Positions 9,246-19,718 are shown, numbered from the stretch's first letter. The stretch is 64,000 bases of DNA from a bacterium (GCA_030428785.1 JAUIEF010000007.1:1333-65332), one strand, 5' to 3'. Program-made: numbers and translations. Notes: generated by a model from the sequence alone, not told the origin.

Positions 9246-12235
9246 GCACGCCGCCCTCCGTCGCGCGCATCGCGGCCGACCGCCGCACGGGCGTCCTCGA
9301 CGGCGACGCCTGCCGCGACGCCCTCGCGCGTGCCGGCTTCGACGACCCCGTCGCCGCGCGCTCCGCCCTCGACCACCTGCTCGCCGCGCCCGACGTCGAG
9401 TTCGACGTCGGCGTGCTCCTCGAGGGCTGCGTCGCCTCGCCCGACCCGCCGCGCGCGCTCAACAACACGGCGCGCCTGCTCGGCGAGCGGGAGCGCCCGC
9501 GCAGCCCGGTCCCGCCCGACGAGCTCACGTGGTTCCTCGGCGCGAGCCAGCACATGGCGGACCTCCTCGCGAGCCGCCCGGAGCTGCTCGGCACGCTCGG
9601 CCGCTGGTTCGACCCGGCGACGGCCGGCGAGCGCTACCTCGCGACCGGCGCGCGCGACGACGCCGAGCGCGCGCTCCGCCACGCGCAGCACGAGGACCTG
9701 CTCGCCATCGCCTGGCAGAACCTCGTGCTCGACCTCGACGTCGAGCAGACGACCATCCTGCTCTCGCGCCTCGCGGACGCCGTCATCGAGGGCGCGGGCC
9801 GCGGGCTCGGCGCCGACCGGCACTTCGCGGTCATCGGGCTCGGGAAGCTCGGCGGCCTCGAGCTCAACTACAGCAGCGACATCGACCTCGTGTTCGTGCG
9901 GCCCGAGGACGCGCGCGACCAGGCGACGGCGGACGGCGTCGCGCGGCGGCTCGTCGCCCTGCTCGGCCGGCAGACCGTCGACGGCCACCTCTACCGCGTC
10001 GACATGCGGCTGCGCCCCGAGGGCGCGGCGGGCACGCTCACGCGCACCGTGTCGAGCTGCCTCCAGTATTACCGCACGATCGGCCGGCCGTGGGAGCGCC
10101 AGATGCTCACGAAGGGCCGCGCGATCATGGAGTCCGTCGCGGGCGAGGACGGGCTCGGCGCGGGCGAGGCGTTCCTGCAGGGCACGCGGCAGTGGACGCT
10201 CGAGTGCGGCATGGACGCGGGCGCCGTGCGGCAGTTCAAGCGGCTCAAGACCGCGACGGAGGACCGCTACAGGACGGGCAAGGGCGAGGGCACGGACGTC
10301 AAGCAGGCGCCCGGCGGCATCCGCGACGTCGAGACGATCGCGCAGTTCCTCGCGCTCATCCACGCGAGCAAGAACCCGTGGCTGCTCTGCAACTCGACGC
10401 TCCACGGGCTCGAGCGGCTGCGCCTCGCCGGCGCGCTCACGAGCCTCGAGACGGCGCGGCTGCGTCGCGCGTACCTCTTCCACCGGCGCATCGAGAACCT
10501 GCTGCAGGTCATGCACCGCGTGCAGACGCACCGCCTGCCCGTCGACCGCAAGCCGCTCACGAAGCTCATGGGGATCAAGGACGTCGCGACCTTCGACGAG
10601 GAGCTCGCCGAGCACCGCACCCGCGTGCGCGCGATCTTCGAGCGGCACTTCGAGGCGGCGTTCCCGCAGGCCGAGGGTGCGGTCGAGCGCATCCCGCACC
10701 TGCTCATGGAGGCCGAGCCCGACGAGGAGACCTTCGAGGCGACGCTCCGCGACGCGGGGCTGCACCGCCCGAAGGCGTCCGTCGAGGTGCTGCGCCGCGC
10801 GGCCAAGCCCGTGTCGCGCTTCCTGCCCGAGAGCCCGCGCCTCGTGTCGAGCTTCGCGAACGTGCTCCCGGCGCTGCTCGACCGGCTGTCGCTCACGGGC
10901 GACGCGGACGCGGCGCTCGACCGCTTCGAGCGCATGACCCGCGGCGTCGGCGCGCGCGAGATCCTCTACGCGCAGCTCCAGGAGGAGCCCGAGCTGCTCG
11001 ACATGCTGTGCCACCTCGCGGACGGCTCGCCGCTGCTCTCCGAGATCCTCGAGCACGAGCCGCAGCTCTTCGACGCGTTCATGGACGCGCTGCTCACGGG
11101 CGTGCGCGGGCGGCGCGGCCGGCGCGCGCGGCTCGCCGAGCTCCACGGCGACCCGTGGCTCGCGCTCTCCGACTACAAGAAGCTCGAGATGCTCCACACG
11201 GGCGTGCGCGACCTCGCGGGCCGCATCGACACGCCGGCCGTGCTCTCCGAGCTGAGCCACCTGTGCATCGACATCCTGCGGCGCGCGTACGAGCTCGTGC
11301 TCGAGGAGGCCCTGCGCGAGCAGGGCACGCCGCAGACGATCCGCGGCGTCTCGGCGAAGGTGCGCGCGCACATGGTCGTCATCGCGCTGGGCAAGGTGGG
11401 CGGCCTCGAGGCGAACTACGGCAGCGACGCCGACGTGCTCTTCGTCTACAGCGGCGACGGCGAGACGGACCGCGGCGTCGCGAACAGCGTGTTCTTCGGG
11501 CACGTCGCGGGCGAGTTCATGGCGCGCCTCGGCGGCAGCCGCGCCAGCCCGCGGCTCTACAAGATGGACGCGCGCCTGCGCCCCGAGGGCAACAGCGGCC
11601 CGCTCGTGACGAGCCTGCGCGCGTTCGAGACGTACTACCGCTCGCCGCGCGCCGCGCTCTTCGAGCACCAGGCCATGCTCAAGGCGCGCGTCGTCGCGGG
11701 CGACGCGGAGCTCGGGCAGAAGGTCATCGCGTCCATCCGCAACACGATCCGCCGGCTGACGCTCCCGCCGACGCTCGCCGCGGACATGCGCGTCATGCGC
11801 GACAAGATCGAGGCCAAGGCGACCGGCCACGACCTCAAGCACGGCACGGGCGGCATGGTGGACATCGAGCAGCTCACGCAGTTCCTTCAGCTGAGGCACG
11901 CCGCCGCGGAGCCGGCCGTGCTCGTGCAGGAGACGCCGCGCGCGCTCGAGATGCTCGCCGACCACGGCGCCCTCGCCGAGGACGAGGCGAAGTGGCTCGC
12001 CGACACCTACCTCTTCTTCCGGCGCGTCGAGACGCGGCTCCAGATCGCGCTGGGCCTCGACACGAAGCAGGTGCCCTCGGACGCCGAGGCGCTGCGCCGG
12101 CTCGGGCTGCGCATGGGCTTCGCCGACACCGCGGAGGGCGACGCGGGCCACATCCTGCTCAGCGAGCTCGAGGAGCTCACGGCCTCGACGCGCAAGCGCT
12201 ACGAGCGGCTCGTCGTCGGGGACGAGGAGACCTAG
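9242..12235 (+). CDS. glnE: bifunctional glutamine synthetase adenylyltransferase/adenylyl-removing enzyme
   Basis: Same frame as track ORF 9110..12235. GTG 9242 overlaps the GT9 stop (GTGA). Two nucleotidyltransferase halves (GKLGGLELNYSSDIDLVF and GKVGGLEANYGSDADVLF). Each is followed by a GGIRDVE or GGMVDIE motif. Confidence 0.85.
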   Translation: MSTPPSVARIAADRRTGVLDGDACRDALARAGFDDPVAARSALDHLLAAPDVEFDVGVLLEGCVASPDPPRALNNTARLLGERERPRSPVPPDELTWFLGASQHMADLLASRPELLGTLGRWFDPATAGERYLATGARDDAERALRHAQHEDLLAIAWQNLVLDLDVEQTTILLSRLADAVIEGAGRGLGADRHFAVIGLGKLGGLELNYSSDIDLVFVRPEDARDQATADGVARRLVALLGRQTVDGHLYRVDMRLRPEGAAGTLTRTVSSCLQYYRTIGRPWERQMLTKGRAIMESVAGEDGLGAGEAFLQGTRQWTLECGMDAGAVRQFKRLKTATEDRYRTGKGEGTDVKQAPGGIRDVETIAQFLALIHASKNPWLLCNSTLHGLERLRLAGALTSLETARLRRAYLFHRRIENLLQVMHRVQTHRLPVDRKPLTKLMGIKDVATFDEELAEHRTRVRAIFERHFEAAFPQAEGAVERIPHLLMEAEPDEETFEATLRDAGLHRPKASVEVLRRAAKPVSRFLPESPRLVSSFANVLPALLDRLSLTGDADAALDRFERMTRGVGAREILYAQLQEEPELLDMLCHLADGSPLLSEILEHEPQLFDAFMDALLTGVRGRRGRRARLAELHGDPWLALSDYKKLEMLHTGVRDLAGRIDTPAVLSELSHLCIDILRRAYELVLEEALREQGTPQTIRGVSAKVRAHMVVIALGKVGGLEANYGSDADVLFVYSGDGETDRGVANSVFFGHVAGEFMARLGGSRASPRLYKMDARLRPEGNSGPLVTSLRAFETYYRSPRAALFEHQAMLKARVVAGDAELGQKVIASIRNTIRRLTLPPTLAADMRVMRDKIEAKATGHDLKHGTGGMVDIEQLTQFLQLRHAAAEPAVLVQETPRALEMLADHGALAEDEAKWLADTYLFFRRVETRLQIALGLDTKQVPSDAEALRRLGLRMGFADTAEGDAGHILLSELEELTASTRKRYERLVVGDEET

Positions 12236-12285
12236 GTCCCCGGCACGCGCGACGGGTCATGCGCCGCCGCGGCGATCGCCGTCTC

Positions 12286-13380
12286 TCAGCTCCCCGGCTC
12301 GCCGAAGGCGCCGCGCGCCTCCGCGCAGATCGGGTTGAAGCGCGGGCGCTCGCTGAGCTGCCAGCTCACGTCGCCGCGCAGCGTGACGCGGAACACGATG
12401 CGCCAGTCGACGCCGCCCAGCACCTCGTCGCCGCGGACGAGCACGGACTGGATGTCGCTCACGATGCGCATGTCGTGCAGGTCCTCGAAGGCCTCGGCGG
12501 TCGTGTCGAGGCGCGGCGCGACGCCGTCCGCGACGAGCGCCGTCTCGTGGAACGCGAGCTGCGGTCCGCGCGGCATCTTCCGCCAGCCGAGGTCGTCGAC
12601 GATCGTGTAGCCGCGGTGCACGCGGTGCCGGATCGCCTGGAGCACGCGCACGCCCTGCGGACGCTCGCCGTCCAGGCTCTTGAGCACGAGCTTCGCGCGC
12701 GGCTCGGGCGTGCCCTCGGCGCCGCCCACGTAGAGGATGAGCCGGCCGCCGAGCGCGTCGTCCGCGCCGGGCACGCCGAAGGTCGAGAAGACCTGCACGA
12801 GCTCCACGAAGCCGATCGCGTCGCGCTGCGCCCGGTTCTCCAGCTCGCCGAGCCGCACCTCGGCGCGCAGCGACTCCACGAAGGAGGTGATCGCGTTGTC
12901 GACGAGCACGTCGCCCGTCGCGCCCTGGTCGAGCGGGGACCGCCGGCCGACGAGCTCCTCGGCGCGCGCGACGGCGCGCCGCGTCGCCTCGTCCTGGAGC
13001 GTCGAGAGCGCGTCGATGGCCTCGGCGAAGAGCTCGCGCACGGACGCCTGGTAGGCCTTCCACTCCTGCTCGTGCCAGGTCCGCAGCACGCGGTCGTCCG
13101 TGGCGAAGCGCTCCGGCACGACGAGCTCGGCGAGCCGTTCGTCGAGGGCCTCGCGCACGTCGCGCGCCTGCTCGAGGGCGCCCGTGAGCTCCGACGAGAG
13201 CTCGACCTCGAGGTCGCGCACGCGCTCCCGGGCGAAGGCCGCGTAGGGCGGCGGGCCGAGGTCGCGGTCGCGGTCGGCCGGCGCCTCGGACCGCGTCTGC
13301 TGCGCCACGGGCGTGCAGGCGGCCAGCAGGAGCGCCGGCAGGGCGAGGCGGGCGAGGGCGGTCGGGCGTCGGCGGCTCAT
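12286..13380 (-). CDS. lipoprotein, function unknown
   Basis: Complete track ORF. Lipobox LPALLLAACTP. Codon usage looks consistent with coding. No family recognised. Confidence 0.6.
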   Translation of the reverse strand: MSRRRPTALARLALPALLLAACTPVAQQTRSEAPADRDRDLGPPPYAAFARERVRDLEVELSSELTGALEQARDVREALDERLAELVVPERFATDDRVLRTWHEQEWKAYQASVRELFAEAIDALSTLQDEATRRAVARAEELVGRRSPLDQGATGDVLVDNAITSFVESLRAEVRLGELENRAQRDAIGFVELVQVFSTFGVPGADDALGGRLILYVGGAEGTPEPRAKLVLKSLDGERPQGVRVLQAIRHRVHRGYTIVDDLGWRKMPRGPQLAFHETALVADGVAPRLDTTAEAFEDLHDMRIVSDIQSVLVRGDEVLGGVDWRIVFRVTLRGDVSWQLSERPRFNPICAEARGAFGEPGS

Positions 13381-13465
13381 CGGATCGGCCCCTTGGACGG
13401 GGGGTGCGGTGCGGGTCGTCCCGGAAAACCGGTCGGGGCCGGGCCGCGGTCGGTCGCGGGGCGGC

Positions 13466-14500
13466 TCAGGCCAGGAGGCCCGAGGTTCGCATCCAGGACA
13501 CGGTCTCCTCCAGGCCTTCCTGGAAAGGACGCGCCGCGTAGCCCCAGTCCTCGCGCGCGAGGTCGGAGGAGTAGGCCCACGCGTGGCTGTCCATCGCGAA
13601 GCGCTCCTTGCCGCGCTCGTCGTGCCCGCCGCCGAGGAGCTTGCCGAAGAGGCCGCCCTGCTTCTTGACGGTCCTGGGCGGCGCGACGCCGGCGGCCGCG
13701 GAGAACGCCGCGAAGAGGTCCGCCGCGCGGACGTTCTCGCCGCCGCAGATGTAGTGCCAGTGGCCCCAGCGCGGGGGCGGCCAGCCGCCGAGGTCCTCGG
13801 CGTCCATGACCGCGCGGTGCGCGCGCGCCACGTCCGCGACGTGCACGAGGTTCCAGAGCTGGCTGCCGTCGCCGGGGATGCCCGGGTACCGCCCGGCCGC
13901 GTGGTCGGCGAGCATGCGCACGATGCGCGCGCCGGGCCGCAGGTCGTCGACGCCGCGCACGGCGCCGAGCTGCGGGCCGTACATCATGGTCGGGATGAGC
14001 GCGAGCACGGGCTCGCCGAGCGACACGCGCTGGTTGAGCGAGTTCTCCGCGTCGTACTTGCTCTGCTCGTGGGCGTCGTGCATGTCGCCCGGGTCGTGCG
14101 TCCAGTACTCGTCGTTGACGAAGTCCTTGGCGCTGCGCGGCTCGCCCGACCGGCCGATGGCGAAGTAGTGCGACGTGTGGACGAAGCGCTCGACGCCGCG
14201 CGACGAGGCGAGCTCGAGGAACGCGGTGACGGCGCGGTGGTTCACGGCGTCGTAGCGCTGCGCCGGCTGCCCGTCGCGCGTCTCGGCCGCGAGGTGGAAC
14301 ACGCGGTTCGCGCCCTCGAGCGCGCGCTCGAGCGAGCCCGTGTCCGTGATGTCGCCCTCCACGACGTCCGCGCCGTCGAGCCCGTCGCGCGCGCTCCCCG
14401 GGCGGACGAGCACGCGGACCTCGCGGCCGTCCTCGAGGAGCTGCGCGACGAGGTGCCGGCCCAGGTAGCCGGTGCCGCCCGTGACGAGGTGCAGGGTCAC
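13466..14500 (-). CDS. NAD-dependent epimerase/dehydratase (SDR family)
   Basis: N-terminal Rossmann motif VTGGTGYLGRHLV. Extended SDR length. Lies 1 nt downstream of the AlkP-family gene, so probably in the same operon. Confidence 0.8.
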   Translation of the reverse strand: MTLHLVTGGTGYLGRHLVAQLLEDGREVRVLVRPGSARDGLDGADVVEGDITDTGSLERALEGANRVFHLAAETRDGQPAQRYDAVNHRAVTAFLELASSRGVERFVHTSHYFAIGRSGEPRSAKDFVNDEYWTHDPGDMHDAHEQSKYDAENSLNQRVSLGEPVLALIPTMMYGPQLGAVRGVDDLRPGARIVRMLADHAAGRYPGIPGDGSQLWNLVHVADVARAHRAVMDAEDLGGWPPPRWGHWHYICGGENVRAADLFAAFSAAAGVAPPRTVKKQGGLFGKLLGGGHDERGKERFAMDSHAWAYSSDLAREDWGYAARPFQEGLEETVSWMRTSGLLA

Positions 14501-14501
14501 G

Positions 14502-16976
14502 TCAGCGCCCGGCGATCGGCAGCGCGACGCCGTCGACGTCGGTGGTCCCGAGGTCGACGCCGTAGCGCGCGAGCACGGTCGGGCCGATGTCGAGCAGGCT
14601 GCTGCGCGCGGGCTCGGCGAGCTTGCGGTTCGCGAAGAAGATGCCCGCGACGTGCTGCGGATCCACCGAGACGTGGCCGCCGCTCCAGTGCTTCGTGTTG
14701 TCGACGATGGACGCCTTGTCGAGGCCGCCCAGCGTGTTCGCCCACGAGACGCGGTAGTACGGCGCGTAGCCCAGGAAGATGTCCGCGAAGCCGTCGTGCT
14801 CGACGGTCTCGGTGACGCCGTAGGCCGTGCGCTCGGAGGAGCCCTCCTTCACCCACGGTCCGGCGAAGAGGTCCTCGCGCCACGTGGCGCTCGTCACGAC
14901 GCGCGGGCCGCCCGGGCCGTCCGTCACCCCGAGCAGCGCGTCCTGGATCGCCTTCACCGTCGCGGCGTAGTCCTTCTCCTCGACGATGCCCTTGGGCTCG
15001 CGGCCCTTCTTGTTGATGAAGACCTTGCCGAGGCCCAGCGAGTACGCCTTCGTGCGCGACCAGTCGACGTAGGTGAGCAGGTCCGCGCCGCCGCTCGCGA
15101 GCACCTCCTCGAGCGACTTGCCGTCCTTGAACGCCATGAAGCCCAGCTCGTGGAGCAGGTTGTTGAGGTTCACGCCGCGACGGAACGACGTGAAGCCGTG
15201 GTCGGCGACGAGCATGAGCAGGCAGTCGTCGCCCAGCGCGCCCGACTCGATCTTCTCCATCATGCCGCCGACGATGCGGTCGGCCTGCATGTAGACCTCG
15301 GGCAGCGCCTCCTTCAGCGGGAACTTGCGTCCCCACGCCATGACCTCCTGGTTCGCGTAGGCGGCGTCGTAGAGCGGGTGCTCCGGGTCGTACTCGCGGT
15401 AGAGCATGTGCCCGATGCGGTCGGTCGTGCTGAAGACCTGGTAGTACACGTCCCACTGCTTCGAGTTCTTCATCGCCCAGTCGAGGAGCTCCTCGCGGCG
15501 GCTCATCGTGAAGACGATGTCGTCCATGAAGGACTGCGCCTCGAAGTGGCTGTCCTCGACGTCCTTGAGCGGGTTCGTCATGCACGCCCAGCCGAGCGTC
15601 TCGTACGCGTGGCCGATGCCGTGCGCGAGCTCCGCGCTGAACTCCGGCGGCGAGCTGATGGGCAGGTACGGCGCCGGCTCGTACGGGTCGATGTTCACCG
15701 GCGGCACGAAGATGCGCACCTCCTCCTCGTCGCAGCGGATGAGGTGGAAGCGCACGATCGCGTGCGCGGCGAACATCTCGTTGAACACGTACTTGATGCG
15801 GACGAACTCGCTCCAGCCGCCCTCCTCGAGCGTGAAGCGCTCGCCGCCCACGTCGAAGGACAACGTGCCCGCGTCCCGGTCGACGTCGCAGGTGAACTGC
15901 ACCGTCGTCTCCTGCCCGCCGCGGCGCCACTTGTCGTAGGCCGCCTTCTCCTCGCGGTAGCGCTCCTCGAGCGCCTCGGTCTCGGCCTGCGTGTTGTCGC
16001 GGTGCTCCTTGGCCTCCTCGAGCACGTCGAGCTTGTGCTTGTACTGGCTCTCGAGCAGCCAGTTCTTCGGGCCCGGCAGGTCGATGACGGCGCGCGTCTC
16101 GCCCTGCTGGTCGAAGTTGATCTTCACGATCTTGCCGGCGGTGTCCGTGCCGTGCGACCACGACCACGGGTCGTCCGTGAAGACGTACCAGCTGCCGGGC
16201 GAGCCGCCGATGTCCTTGACGCCGAGTCCGGAGAGCAGCTTGGTCTGCGGGCCCTCGTCGTCCGGCGGGAAGGTCGACGCGATCTGCAGGCCCATGAGCC
16301 GCACGCCGTCCTCGTCGAGGTGCTTCCACCAGTTGGTGCCCTGCATGGGGTTCACCTCGTAGGGCACCATGCCGTCGCCGGGGAGCTGCGCCGTGTAGTC
16401 CGTCGCCCAGTACCAGCCGCCCGCGCCGCCCGCGATCCCGAGCACGACGGCGATCCCGACGTGCAGCTTGAAGAGCAGCTTGAACAGCAGGAAGACGACG
16501 AGCAGCGGGACGACGCCCGCGAGGATGCGGAACATCTCCGGCTTCTCGAGCGCCATCGGGAAGGGCACGAAGGCGTCGGCCGGGATCTCGTGCGGGAAGC
16601 CGAGCATGGGCTGGGGCAGCGGGTTGCCGAAGCGCTCGCCGTCCTTGCGCGCGAAGGTCCGGCTCACGAAGCCGCCGACGCCCGTCTTGCCCGGGTTGGC
16701 GCCCGTGTTGAAGACCGCCCAGGACACGGGCGACTGGGCCGGGTTGCTCGTCTCGAGGCGCTGGAAGGTGCCCTGCTCCGCGAGCTTCGCGAGGTTGGGC
16801 AGGAGCCCCTGCTCCATGAACGTCCGGGTGAGCCCGTGGTCCATGCCGTCGAAGCCCAGGATGATCGTCTTGGGGGTGTCGGCGGCGGGCGCGGGTCCCG
16901 GGGCCGTCGTCGCGGCGAGCGCCGGGGCCTCGGCGACGAGGGCGAGGGCGAGGAGGCAGACGAGAGCGCGTGGCAT
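14502..16976 (-). CDS. alkaline-phosphatase-superfamily enzyme (type I phosphodiesterase/nucleotide pyrophosphatase-like) with an inserted TM hairpin
   Basis: Signal peptide MPRALVCLLALALVAEAPALA. Carries ILGFDGMDHG, SNPAQSPVSWAVFNTGANPGKTG, LMLVADHGF and HWSGGHV metal-ligand-like motifs. Two hydrophobic segments lie near residues 150-195. Confidence 0.7.
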   Translation of the reverse strand: MPRALVCLLALALVAEAPALAATTAPGPAPAADTPKTIILGFDGMDHGLTRTFMEQGLLPNLAKLAEQGTFQRLETSNPAQSPVSWAVFNTGANPGKTGVGGFVSRTFARKDGERFGNPLPQPMLGFPHEIPADAFVPFPMALEKPEMFRILAGVVPLLVVFLLFKLLFKLHVGIAVVLGIAGGAGGWYWATDYTAQLPGDGMVPYEVNPMQGTNWWKHLDEDGVRLMGLQIASTFPPDDEGPQTKLLSGLGVKDIGGSPGSWYVFTDDPWSWSHGTDTAGKIVKINFDQQGETRAVIDLPGPKNWLLESQYKHKLDVLEEAKEHRDNTQAETEALEERYREEKAAYDKWRRGGQETTVQFTCDVDRDAGTLSFDVGGERFTLEEGGWSEFVRIKYVFNEMFAAHAIVRFHLIRCDEEEVRIFVPPVNIDPYEPAPYLPISSPPEFSAELAHGIGHAYETLGWACMTNPLKDVEDSHFEAQSFMDDIVFTMSRREELLDWAMKNSKQWDVYYQVFSTTDRIGHMLYREYDPEHPLYDAAYANQEVMAWGRKFPLKEALPEVYMQADRIVGGMMEKIESGALGDDCLLMLVADHGFTSFRRGVNLNNLLHELGFMAFKDGKSLEEVLASGGADLLTYVDWSRTKAYSLGLGKVFINKKGREPKGIVEEKDYAATVKAIQDALLGVTDGPGGPRVVTSATWREDLFAGPWVKEGSSERTAYGVTETVEHDGFADIFLGYAPYYRVSWANTLGGLDKASIVDNTKHWSGGHVSVDPQHVAGIFFANRKLAEPARSSLLDIGPTVLARYGVDLGTTDVDGVALPIAGR

Positions 16977-17068
16977 GGGACGGGGATCCGGGACGTCGGA
17001 GGGGTCGGGCTCGGGACAGGAGCCGTCGGCAAGATAAGGTGCAGCAGACCACGCTTCCAGCGAGCCCC

Positions 17069-18148
17069 ATGACGAGCGCCAACCGTCGAGACCGATACGT
17101 CCTCGCAGCGATCGTCGCCGGCACGTCGGTGGTGCTCGTCCTGGCGTGGGTCCTGTGGACGCTCTCCGGCGATCCGACGTTGGACGGGGAGCGCGGCGGC
17201 GGGCGCGTCGTGACCTGGTCGGGCGGCGGCGGCGGCGCCTCTCCGGACCTCCCCGTCGCGCGGGAGGAGCGCGGCGGCGCGCGCCCCGCGACGCGCCCGC
17301 GCGAGCTCGCCACGGAGGAGCCCGCGCCGCAGGGACCGGAGGGCGTGCTGGGCCTCGTCGTGGACGCCGCGGACGGCGCGCCGATCCCCGTGTTCCAGGT
17401 GCACGTGCTCGAGGCGGACCAGGCAGACCCGCTCGACCGCCTCGACGACACCGTGAGCCGACCGTTCCACGTGCGCACCGGCGTGTTCCTCGTCGAGCAG
17501 CCGGAGGGCGTGTGGGACGTCGTCGTGCAGGCGCCCGGCTACGAGCCCGGCGTGCTGCGCGCCGTGCGCACGCCGGCGCCGGACCGCGCGCCGCACCGCG
17601 TCGAGCTCCGCCGCGGGCCGGGCATCGTGGGCCTCGTCGTCGACGGGCGGCTCGCGCCGGTCGAGGGCGTGCCGGTCTTCCTCGAGGTCGTCGAGCTCTT
17701 CTCGCCCGAGGCCTCGCCGCCGCGCATCCGCACCGCGAAGACCGGCGCCGACGGGCGCTTCAGCTTCTCGCCGCTGCCGGACGGCGAGTACGCCGTCGCG
17801 CTCCTCGAGCCGACGAACCGCGTCGACCGCCAGGCCGGGCTGCGCGTCGCCGGCGACACGCTGACGACCGAGATCGTGCTCACGCCGCGCCACGAGCTCA
17901 CCGTGAACGTCCAGGGCGAGGACGGCCTGCCCGTCGAGGGCGCGCTCGTCGAGGTCCGGAGCCGGGAGGCCCACTTCGCGCGCGGCCGCTCGAACGACCG
18001 CGGCATGGTGCTGCTCGAGCACCTGCCGGACGGGCAGTACACGCTCACCGCGACGCCGCGGCGCGGCCCGGCCGTCCGCGAGGAGTTCGAGCTCTACGGA
18101 GGCACGGGGCAGCAGGTGCGCTGGGTGACGGTGACCGAGCGGCCGTGA
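17069..18148 (+). CDS. membrane-anchored carboxypeptidase-regulatory-like (CarboxypepD_reg) repeat protein
   Basis: Track ORF 16970..18148 trimmed to ATG 17069. N-terminal TM segment YVLAAIVAGTSVVLVLAWVLW. Repeated GxVVDxxGxPVxGAxV...DGRFxFxxLPDGxY units. Confidence 0.65.
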   Translation: MTSANRRDRYVLAAIVAGTSVVLVLAWVLWTLSGDPTLDGERGGGRVVTWSGGGGGASPDLPVAREERGGARPATRPRELATEEPAPQGPEGVLGLVVDAADGAPIPVFQVHVLEADQADPLDRLDDTVSRPFHVRTGVFLVEQPEGVWDVVVQAPGYEPGVLRAVRTPAPDRAPHRVELRRGPGIVGLVVDGRLAPVEGVPVFLEVVELFSPEASPPRIRTAKTGADGRFSFSPLPDGEYAVALLEPTNRVDRQAGLRVAGDTLTTEIVLTPRHELTVNVQGEDGLPVEGALVEVRSREAHFARGRSNDRGMVLLEHLPDGQYTLTATPRRGPAVREEFELYGGTGQQVRWVTVTERP

Positions 18149-18270
18149 CCCCCGTGTGGCCCCCGAGCGACCGAGGCCGACGGGCGACCGTGCCCGACGG
18201 GCGGCCGTAGCCCCGCGAGGCCGGCTTTGCCTATCATCCCCCGTTCCCTCGTCCGACCGCGGAGGCCCCC

Positions 18271-18759
18271 GTGCCGGCCATGAGTGCCAAGCTGCTCGCC
18301 GATCCGATGGAGTGGGTGGACGCGCCCGTCGTGTTCGACCAGGCCGCCGTCCACGAGCGCATCCCCCAGCGTCACGAGATGGCGCTGCTCCAGGCCGTCG
18401 TGCACCACGACCCGCAGGAGCACCTCGCCGTCGGCTACCACGACACGACGGCCGAGGACTTCTGGGTGCGCGGGCACATCCCCGGGCGGCCGCTCATGCC
18501 GGGCGTCGTCATGGTCGAGGCCGCCGCGCAGCTCTCCGCCTTCGTGTCGTCGTTCATCGTGCAGCAGTCGGACGGACGGTTGTTCGGCTTCGCGGGCCTC
18601 GAGAAGGCGCGCTTCCGCGGGCAGGTCGTGCCCGGAGACCGGCTGCTCATCATGGCGCGCGCCGTGCGCGTCCGCCGCTCGCTCGCGACCTTCGCCACGC
18701 AGTGCTTCGTGAAGGACCGGCTCGTCTTCGAGGGCGACATCATCGGAGCCAGCATCTGA
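18271..18759 (+). CDS. 3-hydroxyacyl-ACP dehydratase, FabZ/FabA-like hot-dog fold
   Basis: Carries HIPGRPLMPGVVMVEAAAQ (the catalytic His/Glu region of FabZ-type dehydratases). 162 aa. Confidence 0.75.
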   Translation: MPAMSAKLLADPMEWVDAPVVFDQAAVHERIPQRHEMALLQAVVHHDPQEHLAVGYHDTTAEDFWVRGHIPGRPLMPGVVMVEAAAQLSAFVSSFIVQQSDGRLFGFAGLEKARFRGQVVPGDRLLIMARAVRVRRSLATFATQCFVKDRLVFEGDIIGASI

Positions 18760-18884
18760 CCGGCGGGCCGCCGCGGGGGGAGACGCGCCGCGCGTCCGCG
18801 CGCCGTCGCGCGGCCCCGTAGCCGCCGCCGACCGCACCGTCCGCCGCACCACCGCCCCCACCTCCCGCCGACCGCCGCCCCGCC

Positions 18885-19718
18885 GTGTACCCCATCCTGT
18901 TCCGGTTCCCCGAGGCCTGGCCGATCGTCGGCGGGTTCCCGCTCCGCTCGTTCAGCGTCATGGTGCTCGTCGGCGTGCTCATGGCCGCGTGGTGGGCCGG
19001 GCGCGCGTTGAAGAAGCAGGGCGTCGAGGCGCCGGGCGCCGTCGACCACCTCCTGCGCAACGCGCTCATCGCCGGCTTCCTCGGCGCGCGCCTCCTGTAT
19101 CTCGTCGTGCACCCGGAGGCGTACCACAGCCTCATCTCGCTCATCGCCGTCTGGGAGGGCGGCATCGTGTCGTACGGCGGCTTCTTCGGCGGCGCGTTCG
19201 GCGCGTGGCTCTTCGCGCGCGCGTGGAAGATCCCGTTCACGCGGCTCGGCGACGGCGTCCTCCCCGCGCTCTTCCTCGGGCAGGTGTTCGGGCGCATCGG
19301 CTGCCTGCTCGTGGGCGACGACCACGGCGCGCCGTGGGACGGACCGTGGGCGGTGACCTTCACGGGCGTGCCGGAGAGCCTCATCCCGCCGGACCTCGTG
19401 GGCGTGCCGCTGCACCCGAGCCAGATCTACCTCTCGCTCATGAACCTCGTGCTCTTCCTCGTGTGCGTCGCGGTCGGCAAGCGGCGCTCCTTCGACGGGC
19501 AGGTGTTCGGGCTCGGGCTGATCCTCTACGCGATCGGCCGCTTCCTCGTCGAGATGACCCGCGGCGACGACACGGCGCGCGGCATCTACGGCGCGCTGAG
19601 CACGTCGCAGTGGGTGAGCGTCGGCACCGCCGTCATCGGCGTCGCCATGCTCGTGCGGCTGCGCGGCGGCGAGGTGACGCACGGCGCGACGCCGCCCAAG
19701 GGAGTGCAGCCGGCGTGA
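18885..19718 (+). CDS. lgt: prolipoprotein diacylglyceryl transferase
   Basis: GTG start. Carries WEGGIVSYGGFFGG and GQVFGRIGCLLVGDDHG, characteristic Lgt motifs. Multi-TM protein. Confidence 0.85.
   Translation: MYPILFRFPEAWPIVGGFPLRSFSVMVLVGVLMAAWWAGRALKKQGVEAPGAVDHLLRNALIAGFLGARLLYLVVHPEAYHSLISLIAVWEGGIVSYGGFFGGAFGAWLFARAWKIPFTRLGDGVLPALFLGQVFGRIGCLLVGDDHGAPWDGPWAVTFTGVPESLIPPDLVGVPLHPSQIYLSLMNLVLFLVCVAVGKRRSFDGQVFGLGLILYAIGRFLVEMTRGDDTARGIYGALSTSQWVSVGTAVIGVAMLVRLRGGEVTHGATPPKGVQPA

Noticed and set aside
4455-13668. Very long track ORFs: 4455..9002 (-, 1515 aa), 9038..12151 (-, 1037 aa) and 9529..13668 (+, 1379 aa)
   Set aside because: All are Arg/Ala/Pro/Gly-rich off-frame or antisense readings of well-supported genes (the propeller protein, Kdo kinase, GT9, glnE, the lipoprotein). 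None shows any motif.
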